NCBI GenBank assembly: GCA_951406725.2
Contig: OX597827.1
Span: 21,948,001 to 22,012,000 of the forward strand
Direction: 5' to 3'
Origin: Octopus vulgaris
Lineage: Eukaryota
Length of the DNA: 64,000 bases
Shown: piece by piece, positions 38,693 to 50,886 of the stretch
Numbering within the stretch: the stretch's first letter is position 1
Layout: each line of letters starts with the position of its first letter
Notes under the pieces: model-generated
Database searches by the model: none
The model's input: only the letters and a program-made list of their open reading frames with translations
What the model was told of the DNA's origin: nothing
Position numbers and translations under genes: made by a program

Positions 38693-39090
38693 GGTGCAAG
38701 TGTGGCTGTGTGGTAAGAAGCTTGCTTCCCAACCATATTGTTCTGGGCTCAGTCCCACTGTGTGGCACCTTGGGCAACTGTCTTTTACTATAGCCTCAGG
38801 CCAACCAAAGCTTTGTGAGTGGATTTGGTAGATGGAAACTGAAAGAAGCCCATCATATATATATACATATATGTATGTTTGTGTGTCTGTGTTTGTCCCC
38901 ACACCATCGTCTGACAACTGATGTTGGTGTGTTTACGTACCTGTAACTTAGCAGTTTGGAAAAAAGAAATGATAGAATAAGTACCAGGCTTACAAAGAAT
39001 ATGTCCTGGGGTTGATTTCTTCAACTACCACCCTTTAAGGTAGTGCTCCAGTATGGCCACAATCAAATGGCTGAAACAAGTAAAAATAAC
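38693..39090 (+). mobile_element. SINE family A
   Basis: Homologous to 4082-4510. Confidence 0.85.
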
Positions 39091-39329
39091 AAAAAAAAAG
39101 ATCTTAATGCCAGTGCTGTCAATTCTCTTAAATACATCTCCACTAATCTTCTTCACACACTCCCTCACCTCCCCTCTATCCTATATTTCAGTAATAATAA
39201 TGATGGGGGTTGGGGGCTGATTGGCCCATGGTCTGTGGTGGGAGATAGCCATATCTTACAGGTAAAAAATGTTCTTTACTTTTGATTGACAAGATTCCTA
39301 GAAACGGTGTCTTGATAGAAACACAGGTG

Positions 39330-40640
39330 ATTGCACAACCTTACACAGCCTCGAGAAAAGTGTAATGCAAAATGAAAACTTTCTAAATAATGGTGAGAGC
39401 AATACTGGAACCAGTAGTGAAGTTGTTGCATCTTGCATGAATGGTGTGGAAAGGCAGTTGTGTTGTGGTTGTCATCCGGAACCTGCCAAACTAAGTGAAA
39501 GAACTAAGCAAACCAGTGATGAAGTGTTGTATCCTGGGCACAACCACATGGAGGGGTTTCAGAAAAGAAAGGTATCTGGAAAGACATTGGAGTCTTTGAG
39601 TTGTCTGAAGAATGGCTTGCAGGACAAGCTTTGGCAATAAAGAAGAATGGCTGTCTTTCCAAAGTGGAAATTGAAACAATCAAGAGAGAGATAGGAAGCA
39701 GTGAAAATGACATTATTCCTGGTGAATCTTCAGAAGATAATTCTAACAGGATTGCACAGATTTGGAAGTAGAACCAGTGGGAGAGTAAAGTGCCCAAAGC
39801 AGAGAATGAATCCTCAACAAAACACATGCAGACGACATTGAAGAGTAAAATCCAGCTAATGGAGGAAGTTTGGGACAAAATGCAAAATGGGGTCCAGAAT
39901 AATCTACCTAAGACACACAGACAGAAAGAAGATGAAAGAGAAAGCCAAAAAATGCAGGGGGAATTATTTACTACATATTCAAACTCTCCCTTTCTCTCCT
40001 AAATTCAGCTGCCCCAGGCCTTCTCTTGAAACAGATCAAGAAATTACTTAGCTGGATGGTATATTGGCCCAGATGAAGTAAAAGGATTTTGGTATAAGAC
40101 CATGATGAGTGGCCAAGACATGCTAGCAGAGATGTTGGACCAATGCTTACAACAGTGACTTGTTCCTTATTGGCTCTGTGAAGAGAGAAGGGACACATAT
40201 TTGAGATAAGGAAAATGTCAGGAACTGTCACCCAACCACCTGTTTCCTAATAGTGTGGAAAATATTCACAGGAATTATTTTCTACAGAGATATATGACCA
40301 CCTAGAAGCAAAGCGCCCTCTACCTAAAAAGATAAAAGGTTGCAGAAAGAAATACAGTGGCACCAATCACCAACTTCTGAGAGATAAACTGATTTTCAGA
40401 AATGCTAAAGGAGACAAGTTGGACTGACTCTACTGGTGTGAGTCAACAACAAGAAGGCCTTTGCTATGGTTCCTTCACTTGTGGACCAGCAAATGTCTGG
40501 ATCTCTCTAAAATTGATCCAAAGATAAAGAATGTGATTAAAAGTAGTTTGAAATCCTTGAGAACTGAGGTAACATCTTGTGAAATATTCCTTGGTTAAAA
40601 TAAATTGTCATATCTTTCAAGGCAATAGCACATCACCTAT
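39330..40640 (+). mobile_element. Degenerate R4/Dong-like non-LTR retrotransposon fragment
   Basis: GPDEVKGFWYK, KGCRK...GT..QLLRDKLIFRNAK and KKAFAMVP-like motifs across frameshifts. Confidence 0.55.
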
Positions 40641-41116
40641 TCATATTATTGCTGATAATCAGATGGACTATGGTCAGAGACTGAACACATTGACCTACGA
40701 CCCATTGACAGCCAGGTGGACTGGGGTTTCAGACTAAACCATATTGATCTGATACCTATTCCTTCTGATACTTCGGTGAACTGTGATAGAATCAGTCACA
40801 ACTTTAATGCCTTTTGCCATAGATCTGGTTGATCAAGTCTGACCTGGGGCTAAATACCATTGACATCAGCTCTCTATAAATCTAAGGTCTCATGCTTCAT
40901 AATATCTTATCTGAAACAGAATCTATGTGGTTCAAGTTTCTTGTTTTTGTCTGATCTCAACAGTGAAGCTTAAACTTAATAAGCTGGATTATCCAAAAGC
41001 GTGTTTTAATCAAAAGATTATCAGTTATGAAATGTTGTTGCAGGTCACATGCTGTAAACAATTTCAAAGTTAGCAGCCAGATAAACAAATTCCTTCGGCT
41101 TCTTGTCATTTTCAGT

Positions 41117-41350
41117 TGCCAAGACAACATACTCCTGGTCATTCTATGCTCCCTGGACGAAGAAAAGACTTCTGAAATTCTCTGTTGCCTGGACAAATAC
41201 ACCTTTGGTCATTCTCAACTCCCTGGACAACATACTTCTGGTCATTCTATGCTCCCTGGATGAAAAAAAAAACATCTGAAATTCTCTGTTGCCTGGACAA
41301 ATACACTTTTAGTCATTCTCAACTCTCTGGACAACATACTTCTGGTCAAG
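41117..41350. repeat. ~104-bp tandem duplication (2.3 copies)
   Basis: GACAACATACT..TGGTCATTCTATGCTCCCTGGA...TCTGAAATTCTCTGTTGCCTGGACAAATACAC repeated. Confidence 0.85.
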
Positions 41351-42594
41351 CAATTCTTCTAAACTTCACTGACCACAGAGTTCTGCTTCATTTTCTGTTC
41401 TTGTCTGTGGCATCTGGTTTGCTATCAAGATTGTTTTACAAATTGGAAAATACTTTTATATGAGCTGACTTCCGTCAGATTTGAAACTGTGGCTCATTAC
41501 TTCCCTTCTGTTGTACAAGTTTTAGTGTTTCCTCCGATCTACAGGTCTTTGGTTTCAATACTCCAACTATCTTCTTTGGCCAACAGAAACCTGATTCACT
41601 TCACTTTAGCATCTGTTTTCCACAATGATTCAAGTAGGTTCATATTCTTCTGAAATCTAATTTAAGCCATTGTTATAATGAAACTTGTGGTGTAATATTT
41701 ATATTGATTATGCTAATGAAATACTAATTGTATCTTATCTAATTGTATGTGTATGTGTTTATGTGCATTTATATATGTGTGTACATGTATGTTTATATAT
41801 GTATGTGTGTATAAAGATATATGCATATATGTGTGTTTATGTGTATATATGCATAGGTGTCGAAAATGTGATGTTTGGTCAATAACTGATGAAGGGTGGG
41901 TGTATCCACATCCTTTGTGTGTTCTTTTGACATCGTCCTGCATCACATTTCACTTGTGTGTGTGTGTGTGTGTGTGTGTACGAGGGGGTACCCAGAAGTA
42001 ACCAGAAATGTTCTCTGTGGGACAAGCCAGTTCAGGCTTCCTCCACTAGAAGCCATTTGATGCAACCCCCTCGTATATGTGTGTGTGTGTGTGTATTCTA
42101 TCATCTTTTGCAGACATCATCCTTTTTTAACACTTTTTTTTTTTAACCATAGATTAATGAGTTCCACCTGAATTAGATAATTATTCACTTCTACTAATTA
42201 TTTAATATCTACCTGTCTAAACAAGGCAGGTTTTAGATTCTTCAACTTTATCCTTAGTATTGTCTGATACCAGATCTTATAACTATATTCATTAATATCC
42301 TTTAGACATTATTTAAGCAATTACATATGTGGTTATATGAGTTTTAATATGTTATATAATATTGCTCTTGTAGTTACCCCTCATACCCTCCTAACTTGAT
42401 CATCTTTTCACCCTCGTTATTAATGTTTTCCTGAGTCCTTCATGGACAGACTTGCACTCAATAGGAAATCTTTTGGCTTTTCCTATCTTTTCTCTTCAAT
42501 TATTCTTATTTTTCTTTGATATTCCACCCTACCATACATCCTCATAGCTTCATACAATCTGCTGAGTCACCATGTTGTCTTAGCCCACCGCTTG

Positions 42595-43605
42595 TTCGTC
42601 ATAGTCCTCCTGGCAATAATGGGGAAATATAAGACTGGCTACCTCTGAGATCTCTTCTATGCTGATGACCTTGTTCTTATAGCTGATTCACTACCAGAAC
42701 TAGAGAAGAATTTCCAGGTGTAGAAGTAAGGTCTAGAATCAAAGGGACTTAGAGTTTATTTAGTAAAAACCAAAGTCTTTGTAAGTAGGAAAATGGACAA
42801 GTCACAAATCCCTTCGGGGAGATGACCCTGCTTGATGTGTAGAAAAGGTATAGATAGAAACTCCATAAGGTGTACCCAGTGCAAGCTATGGCCATATAAG
42901 AGGTGCAGCAATATCAGAGGGAGGTTAATAGGGGACATAGTCTTTGTGTGTGGGAGATGTACAGGTACAATAAACACTAGAAATGTAAAGAAAATAGACT
43001 CTCCATCAAATACCAGGTGGGAATACCTAGAAGTAATTGATAGCTTCTGTTATCTAGGTGACCAAATCAGCAGTAGAGGTGGATGCTCTGAGAGTGTGGC
43101 TGCTTGTATAAGAATAGGCTGGGCAAAGTTCAGAGAGCTCCTACCTTTGTTGGTAACAAAGGGCCTCTCCTTCAGAATGAATGGCAGACTGTGTGTGAAC
43201 AACCATGCTCCATAACAGTGAATCATTGGCTTTGTATGGATGAGAACCGTTGTATAAAGAAGCACTGATCTCTAACTGTGGAGGGAACCTGTGGAAAAGA
43301 TAGATCCAGGAACCTCACAGACATGATGACTAATGACTGAGACATTTGGCGATATGCTGTGCTTGAGAAGATTCATGAAGCCAAGAGAAACCAAAGTCAT
43401 GACTGTTGCCAGTATCATGCAAGTGGCACTTGTGCTGGTGGCACGTAAAAAGCACTCATTACACTCTTAGAGTGGTTGGCATTAAGAAGGGCATCCAGCT
43501 GTAGAAACCAAATCCAAATCAGACTGGAACCTGATGTAGCTCTCCAGCTTATCAGTTCCAGTCCAACCCATGCCAGCATGGAAAGTGAATGTTCAATGAT
43601 GATGT
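42595..43605 (+). mobile_element. Degenerate RTE LINE 3' half
   Basis: YADD, PHD (C.MCRKG...CTQCKLW..KRC...CGRC), FCYLGDQ, 3' core and GAT tail. Confidence 0.85.
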
Positions 43606-43812
43606 AGTTACATCTCCATCCCTCTTCTTTATGTATTCTTTGTTATCTCCCTTTTTTCTTGTCCCCCACACCCACCTCTAATGTTATTTTGATTATGCTC
43701 TTTTAAACCTTCCTTCTGTTACCTACCCTATTGTTTTCCGTCCCCACTCTCTTTCCCCCTGTCACAATAAGGCTTTCTATTTATAGATATTATCTTCAAC
43801 AGCCAAATTTAT

Positions 43813-43970
43813 TCCTTCTGATGATGGCGTATAGGTGACACTACAATTGTAACTTAAATTTGTGTTATTCCATTTACATTTGCTAACACCAGTTTAGTAC
43901 ATGTATGTATGCACACGATATCCATGACTACATTCATTGATCACCAACTCTCAGAAACAGCTGTAAAGGA
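43813..43970 (+). ncRNA. Type-I hammerhead ribozyme with 129-nt helix-II insert
   Basis: TCCTT-CTGATGA-[TGG...TCA]-GAAAC-AGCT-GTA-AAGGA: perfect 5-bp helix I, intact core, palindromic ACAGCTGT. Confidence 0.6.
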
Positions 43971-44581
43971 TGACTTTGGTTTCTCTTCTTCCCCTTTATC
44001 TGTGTTATTAATGTATGAAATCTCTGGACATCTACCTATCGGTGAAGAACTCTCATGGACCTTTTTTCTGCTTGCTTTCTGTTTCATAATATTTATACTC
44101 ACTTTTATATAACAAATTAATAAATGTAAAGCATTGGTGCTGGCACCACATAAAATGTATTGGTAATGGTTCCACATAAAGAACATCCAGTTCACTCTGT
44201 AGAGTGGTTGGTGTTAGGAAAGGCATCCACCTGTAGAAACCAAGCCAGAACAGATGATGGAACCAGGTGTGGCTCCTGGCTTTGTCAGCTCTTGTCAAAC
44301 CATTCCAACCCATGCCAGCATGGAAAACAGATGTTACATGGTGATGATGATGAACTGATGCCATTAACAGCTTGCCTGTCCACTTTTAAAATTTATTCTA
44401 ATTTCATTAGCTCGACTGGTGCTTTTCCTGTAGCCAACTCTTGTCTTCCTGGATTATGTCTCTCATCATCTGATGCTCAGTTTTAGGTATTTGATCAGGT
44501 TTCAGCACTTCTGTATCTGTATCTATTATACACTTTTCAAAGGACTCTTACCTCCTATATATTAAAATAAATAAATGCAAA

Positions 44582-44792
44582 AGGTGGCAAGCTGACAGAA
44601 TCATTAGGATATCAGGCGAAATGTTTGGCAGCATTTCGCACATCTTCATATCCTAAGTTCAAATTCTGCCCAGGTCGACTTTGCCTTTCATCCTTTCAGG
44701 GTCAATAAAATAAGTACCAGTTGAATACTGTGGTCAATGTAATTGACTTACCCCCTCCCCTAATTTGCTGACCTTGTGCCAAAATTTGAAAT
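44582..44792 (+). mobile_element. SINE family B (other copies 38204-38510, 55410-55628, 59042-59128)
   Basis: GGTGGCAAGCTGACAGAATC...GTTCAAATTCTGCC..GGTCGACTTTGCCTTTCATCCTTTC. Confidence 0.8.
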
Positions 44793-45360
44793 CATTATAA
44801 ATCAATAAATGTGTGTGTGTGTGTACATATTAAACATTTAAATTGGTTCAAAAATGTTTGGCATGTAAAAAAGCCATTTTCGCTGCAGTTTGCCATGGAG
44901 AAAAACTCCCACTTTAAGCGACAAGTGTCAAAATACCAAGTCATTTCATGGCAGCCCCTGATGGAATGATAAAGGCATGTCAAGCTGTTTGGCTATCATT
45001 AGCTTGGCATAATACAAGAGAGATTAACCCTGAAGTGACTGTGGAAGTCATTGCTTCCTTCCATCCACCCCTGGACATAGAAAAGTGGAGATGTGTATGG
45101 TGTTAAAATGTTGGAGGTTGAGAAAGTATAGTTGGTGGTGGTGATGATGATATAGCAATGGTCAATGGGGGAATGTCCAGTGTTAATGGATTTGATGTTC
45201 ATGTGTTTGGTAGGGTTAGAGGAGGGAGCAGCATCAATAGAGGTGGGGGTGGAGTTGCTGGTGTTGGTTGAGGAGGTGGAGGTGATGGTGTGAAGGCTAG
45301 CGATGGTAGGGAAAGAATTGCAAAGGGGAGAATGGAGTAGATGCTGCAGACATGTGAATA

Positions 45361-45710
45361 TCTCTCTATATATAAACAGCAAAATGTGTGTGTGTAATAA
45401 AAATTTTTCAGTTAGAGGGCTCGCACTTTCTATGGTCATTCAAAACCGTCCAAGGGTGGTCGTGCACATCTTTACATTTCCCCAGTCACCCCGCAAAGCC
45501 ATTAAAAAATCAATAGAAGTGACTTTTTTGTGAATTTTCTATCCAAAACCCAATCAAAATGCCCGAAACTTGATACGCCAATTGAATGCCAGCTAGCTGT
45601 ATGTGATTGGTCGGAGATTTGGACAGTACTCGCGTGTATGTGTGCACGCACGCAGCTGTATATGCATGCACTAGCACTATGACCCGGCAACGCCGGGTCA
45701 TAGTGCTACT
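45361..45710 (+). mobile_element. Helitron-like non-autonomous element
   Basis: 5' TC(TC)TATATATAAA..GCAAAATGTG; 3' perfect 17-bp hairpin TAGCACTATGACCCGGC-AAC-GCCGGGTCATAGTGCTA. Confidence 0.6.
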
Positions 45711-46129
45711 CACAGATAATTCTTTTTCAGAATGAGGAATATTGAAGTAGATGAAGCTATAAATAATAGCATGTAAATAGGGGGTTAAAAATCCCTTTGG
45801 ATAGGAAAAGTTGAAGGCTGCCTGTGCGACTTGAGCCCATATCTCCTGTGAACATGACAGGTGTTCCATCGTTTGATGGGTAACCTTTGACTGTTTATAG
45901 TTTGCTGTATCTCACTTGTCTCATCAGAATGGGTTTATATGTATACAGGTGTATGCATATGTGGCTACTCACATTTGTACACATGTGTGTTGGTTCTGAA
46001 GACATCTCATCTGTTACTTCTCATATTTCTGTATGTATGTGCATATATGTGTGTGTATGTGTATGTGTGTGTGTGTACACAAATGTGTGTTGCTGTCCCC
46101 TATCTCACCTATGTTCTGTCATCCATCAG

Positions 46130-46273
46130 ATGAAGATGATGAGCTGCGTCCAGTCCCCTGATTTAAAGGAAGATGCTCAGGACCATAGTGGAAACCCTGA
46201 ACCCCGGGGCACTGATACGACTCTCACCCCTATGATGACCTCTTCAGAATTTCTGCTGAACTACGACCTCCAG
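46130..46273 (+). CDS. Candidate host coding exon (48 aa, MKMMSCVQSP...EFLLNYDLQ), product unknown
   Basis: Pyrimidine tract plus CAG acceptor, strong CAG|GTAAGT donor, 144 nt, only frame 0 open, non-repetitive composition. Confidence 0.6.
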
Positions 46274-47094
46274 GTAAGTCCTTATTAATAGAAATGAGTC
46301 AACTAGAAAGCTGTGTGAACAGAAGATATATATATATATATAGATTGTTATGACCATCAAGGAGCAGCTGATGTCAGAATCGATAGGGCACCGGGTAAAA
46401 TGTCTTTAGATTGGTTGTTGCCACCAGTTCTGTTTTGGTTTTATCTTTCATTCTTCTGGAATCAATAAGTACAAGTAAACTACTTAGTTGAATATAGTCA
46501 ACCATGTCCCTTCATCCCTTCCGAAAAACTTCTTCTCGTGATCATCAGAAGGTGGCAGAGTGTTCTAGTCATGACCATCCCATCCTTTCCTCAAGCACAC
46601 TGCATCCAGATAGAAATAATCTAATATATTCTTTTCTGAGACAGTAAGATGCAGTTTGAAGGCAATTTGACTGCTATTATTAGCAAGTCAGGCAATAATA
46701 TATTTCCCTCATTAACTCACTTCTTCACTCATGCTGTTATGGTTGTTGGTTGCAGAAAAATACATCGAAATGATGTTGGAAAAATGTAATAAAAAAAGGT
46801 ATAACTCCTTAAAGATATTTTTAGCACAAATTTATTCATGATACATTTAGGGGAGCTTTAATAATTAGTGGTTTCTAACATAAGCACAAATAAGGGAGTG
46901 TAAACCATTTAATCCACTCTGTATTTATGTCTTTAATATTGCTGTTTTGCTGCATTTCTGATGTTGAAAATAACAAAGAATTACCTTTTGGAATGGATAC
47001 CACACAAAGTTTTCTACTTCAAATGCACTACTTTTTTCTGTTTTGTCACCATTGTATACTGACAAAAGATTCACACACACACACACACACACAC

Positions 47095-47535
47095 AGGCAC
47101 TGGTGTGGCTGTGTGGTAAGAAGTTTGCTTCCCAACCACATGGCTGCGGGTTCAGTCCCTCTGCATAGCACTTTGGGCAAGGGTCTTCTACTATAGTCCT
47201 AGGCTAACCAAAGCCTTATGAATGGATTTGGTAGATGGAAACTGAAAGAAGCTTGTCATATATTTGTATGTGTGTGTGTGTGTGTGTTACACTGTCTTTT
47301 TGCCTTGACTTCATGTGATACTTGTAAACGTATGCCAGCATCATGCAAGCACTGTCCTTCATTTCCAGTTGTCCCTGACAACATGTCTGATCATGGGGGT
47401 ATACACGACCAACATTCTCCTTGTTTGGAAACAAGGTGGACACCTGACTGTAGAAAATCTACCTCAGTGAATTCCATCTGACACAGGCAAGTAAGGGAAA
47501 GTGGACATTAAATGATGATGATGATGAAGATGATC
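47095..47535 (+). mobile_element. SINE family A head with an RTE-type 3' tail (also 62270-62620)
   Basis: Family A 5' half, then a different body ending GAAAGTGGACATTAAA(TGA)n. Confidence 0.65.
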
Positions 47536-47594
47536 TGTAATAATTATTGGCTTCCTTCATTTTATACATCCGATAATTAAGTGTTGCATATATA

Positions 47595-48833
47595 CAGCGT
47601 GCAGTGAATAAACTGTCATCTAAATTACGTAAAAAGGAAAATAACACTAACAGCTCATTTTAACAGATATTTACCAAAATTACATAAAAAATATCTTGAA
47701 ATACTGAAGAATAAATTTATTCAATAAAATCGCCAATGACTTCAACCATGGCCTCCAGACAACTTTGGAATCTCCTGCAACTCTCCTTGATGGTCTCCTT
47801 GTTTAAGTTGGTGAATGCTGCCATAATCCTTGCCTTCAGTTCATCTTTGGTGTTACAAGGAGTTTTGTTGGTCTCTCGCTCAACTGTACCCCACACATAA
47901 TAACCATGGGGGTTGCAGTCTGGGGAGTTATGTGTCAGGGGTGATGTGGTCACAGAAATTGTCTGACAGCCATGATTGGGTTCTCCTGCTTGTGTGGCAT
48001 GGTGGAGAGTCCCGTTGCCAGACATAGGGTCTTCCACCCTCTTGACCTAGGGCAGCATTACCTCCTCCAGGCACTTGATGTAGACCTCTGTGTTCTGTGT
48101 GGGAACATGAATGGCGGCATAATGTTGCCATCACTAGTGATCACTCCAAACACCATGATGTTGACTGGAATTTTGATTTTTTGAGAGGATATAGCAAGCT
48201 AACGGTTGTTGATCTTGGCAGATATTTTCTCGTCTGAGAAAAACCAAAGCATATTCGGTTGGAGGGGATGTTTGAGTTTGTTCAAAAGCTTCAAAAGCAG
48301 TCTTTCTTCTTCTCCTTGATGGCTTGGGATAAAAATTGGCCCTTTCTCATCTGGTATGAGGAATACCAAATGTCTTCATGCATTACCTGCGTGATAAGAA
48401 ACTCAGACACTCCCATGTCCCTGGCGATGGGCCTGACTGACTTGGAGGGATCATTGTTAATCATGGCCTGGATCTCACCAACAAATTCAGGAGTCCTTTT
48501 CTTATCAGAACAATCAGAGTGAGTTTTCTGAACTGCTATAGCTTCGTAATCACCATTAGACTCATCCAGCTCTTTCCAAAACCTCTCCTGTTCTCAGATT
48601 GACATCCAAACACTCTGAAATGTTTGTATTAGAGCTTCCAGCACAAATGCCAAACAGAACAGCATGTAGTTTCCAAATTTCTGGCAGAGCGAATTGCGTC
48701 CTGGTGCTATTTTTCTCATAGATGGTGCCCAACTGACCCTACTATACTGTGTAGTTAACAAAATCAAAAGCAAACAATGCACATGCACGAAATTAAAAAT
48801 ATAAACTGGCGACAATTTACCCATTGTGCCCTA
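47595..48833 (-). mobile_element. Tc1/mariner (maT/DD37D-like) transposon with pseudogenised transposase (~47717-48720)
   Basis: WFFSDE, YVWQRDSPPCH, NSPDCNP.GYYVWG.VE and CRRFQSCLEAMVE motifs; decayed TIRs CAG.G.GCA..G.(G/A)TAAA(T/C)TGTC between TA dinucleotides. Confidence 0.85.
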
Positions 48834-48923
48834 TATATATATATCATCATCATCATCGTTTAACATCTGTTTTCCGTTAAATGATGATGATGTTGATATA
48901 TATATATATATATATCCTTGAAA

Positions 48924-49135
48924 TATATATTTATATATGTATGTGTACATAATTAGGTTAAAGTCATTATTTAATGATTTATCAGTGGCCAGCATACTAA
49001 CAAGACCATGTTGATTAATTTGTATTACTTAAATACAAATTAATCAACATGGTCTTGTTAGTATGCTGGCCACTGATAAATCATTAAATAATGACTTTAA
49101 CCTAATTATGTACATATACATATATAAATATATAA
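48924..49135. repeat. Near-perfect palindrome (~102-bp arms, ~6-nt loop) next to (TA)n
   Basis: ...ATCAGTGGCCAGCATACTAACAAGACCATGTTGATTAATTTGTAT / ATACAAATTAATCAACATGGTCTTGTTAGTATGCTGGCCACTGAT... Confidence 0.9.
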
Positions 49136-49705
49136 ATTATGATAAAGGGCACTGAAGTGACAATGCCTGTATGCTAGAAATAGATACCAAATGGACTTCA
49201 AACCACTGAAGTTATTACTCCATATACCACAAGGCTGTATGCGAGGAAAATGGACAAAGAATTTATAAAAATATTTAGAAATATTGTGAACAATCCTAAT
49301 ATTTTTATAAATTCTTTCTTTTTTTAATTTAATTTAATTTTTTTTAAATTTAATTTTTATTGGCTCAAAAAGCAAAAGCAAGGCCATGTAGGGGGACAGG
49401 GAGTTATGTACAGGGTGGTCATACAAAGAGTTCAGGCCATTTCTGGTCAAGAGAGACTTTGAACCAAGTGGTCCTCGGCATCTTCACTATCTCGTCCAGC
49501 AGCTTATTCCACGGATCCGCAACCCGGATGGAGAAAGCCCCTCTCCTTCGATTGAGATGAAATCGTCGTAGATAGAGCTTTCTGTCCATTTTCCTTGCAT
49601 ACAGCCTTGTGGTATACAGAGTAATAACTTCAATGGTTTGCAGTCCATTTGGTATCTATTTCTAGCATAAAGGGATTGTCACATCATTGCCCTTTATTAT
49701 AATTA
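49135..49705. repeat. Inverted repeat 49135-49256 / 49583-49705 enclosing a CR1 3' fragment
   Basis: The arms are reverse complements with scattered mismatches. Confidence 0.85.
49318..49582 (-). mobile_element. CR1-group LINE extreme 3' end with (TAAAT)n-like tail
   Basis: KLYLRRFHLNRRRGAFSIRVADPWNKLLDEIVKMPRTTWFKVSLDQKW. Confidence 0.8.
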
Positions 49706-50377
49706 TATCTTTGTAATTATACTTAAATATATATGTATATATAAAAGCACACACACACACACAAATGCATTTAGAGACATACTAGAGGAAGTATTTGATG
49801 AAAAGGAGGAGATAGATATACTGTATAGATGATAACTAGAGGTTATTATGGGACAACCTTCTGAGGATTACAGACCAAATCTGTTGCTAGTACAAAGTTC
49901 CTGGTTGGCCAAAAGTGATGTGGTGTCAGAATAGTGCAGGAGACAGAGCTGTAAAAGAAGATACAGGCTTGTAAAGATTGGGAAAACGAAGGCAGCCGAG
50001 AATTGTATCAGGCAGTCAGAAGAGGAGCTAGGTTAGAAGTTTATGTAGTAAGGAGAGAGAAGCAGAAAGGAAGAGGTTTGTCAGTGTTCTGCTGCATGAA
50101 GTTGAGAGGCATGAGGTATTCCAGATTGCATGACAGTGTGTCAGAGAGAATTGAAATGGTAGGTGAGAAGTGTGCTTGGATGAATAATGGCACACTCGCA
50201 TGTAGTGGTTCTGAAAAGAAAGTGGTGTGAAAGGGGTAAGATGGAAAGCTGTTAAATGTGAGCATGGCAACAGGACTCTCCACCATGCCACACAAGCAGG
50301 AGAACCCAATCATGGCTGTCCGACAATTTCTGTGACCACATCACCCCTGACACATAACTCCCCAGACTGCATCCCCC

Positions 50378-50886
50378 AATGTGAGCACCATACGAGCGGG
50401 ATCATTGACAGAGCAGCTAACCAGCTTCCGTGCCAGTGGCACTTAAAGGGCACCATTCGAGCGTGATCGTTACCAGCGTCGCCTTACTGGCACTTGTGCT
50501 CGTGCTAGTAGGGTGCCAAGAGCACCATCCGAGCGTGATCGTTGCCAGAGCAGCCAACTGGCTTCCATGCCAGTGGCATGTAAAAGGGCACCATTCGAGC
50601 TTGATCGTTACCAAAGTCGCCTTACTGGCACCTGTGCTGGCGGCATGTATAAAAGGATTCGAGCGAGGTCATTGCCAGTATCGCCTGACTGGCCCCCGTG
50701 CTGGTGGCACGTAAAATGCACCCACTACACTCTCGGAGTGGTTGGCATTAGGATGGGCATCCAGCTGTAGAAATTCTGGCAAATCAAGATTGGAGCCTGG
50801 TGCAACCATCTAGTTTGCCAGCCCTCAGTCAAAATTGTCCAACCCATGCTAGCATGGAAAGTGGATGTTAAACGATGATGATGATG
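50378..50886 (+). mobile_element. RTE 3'-tail element with tandem CACCATCCGAGCGTGATCG modules (related: 60255-60783 on minus strand)
   Basis: Conserved RTE 3' core and (GAT)n. Confidence 0.8.

Noticed and set aside
41880-41955. CTGATGA-AGG...CCTT hammerhead candidate
   Set aside because: No GAAA after the stem, so the core is incomplete.
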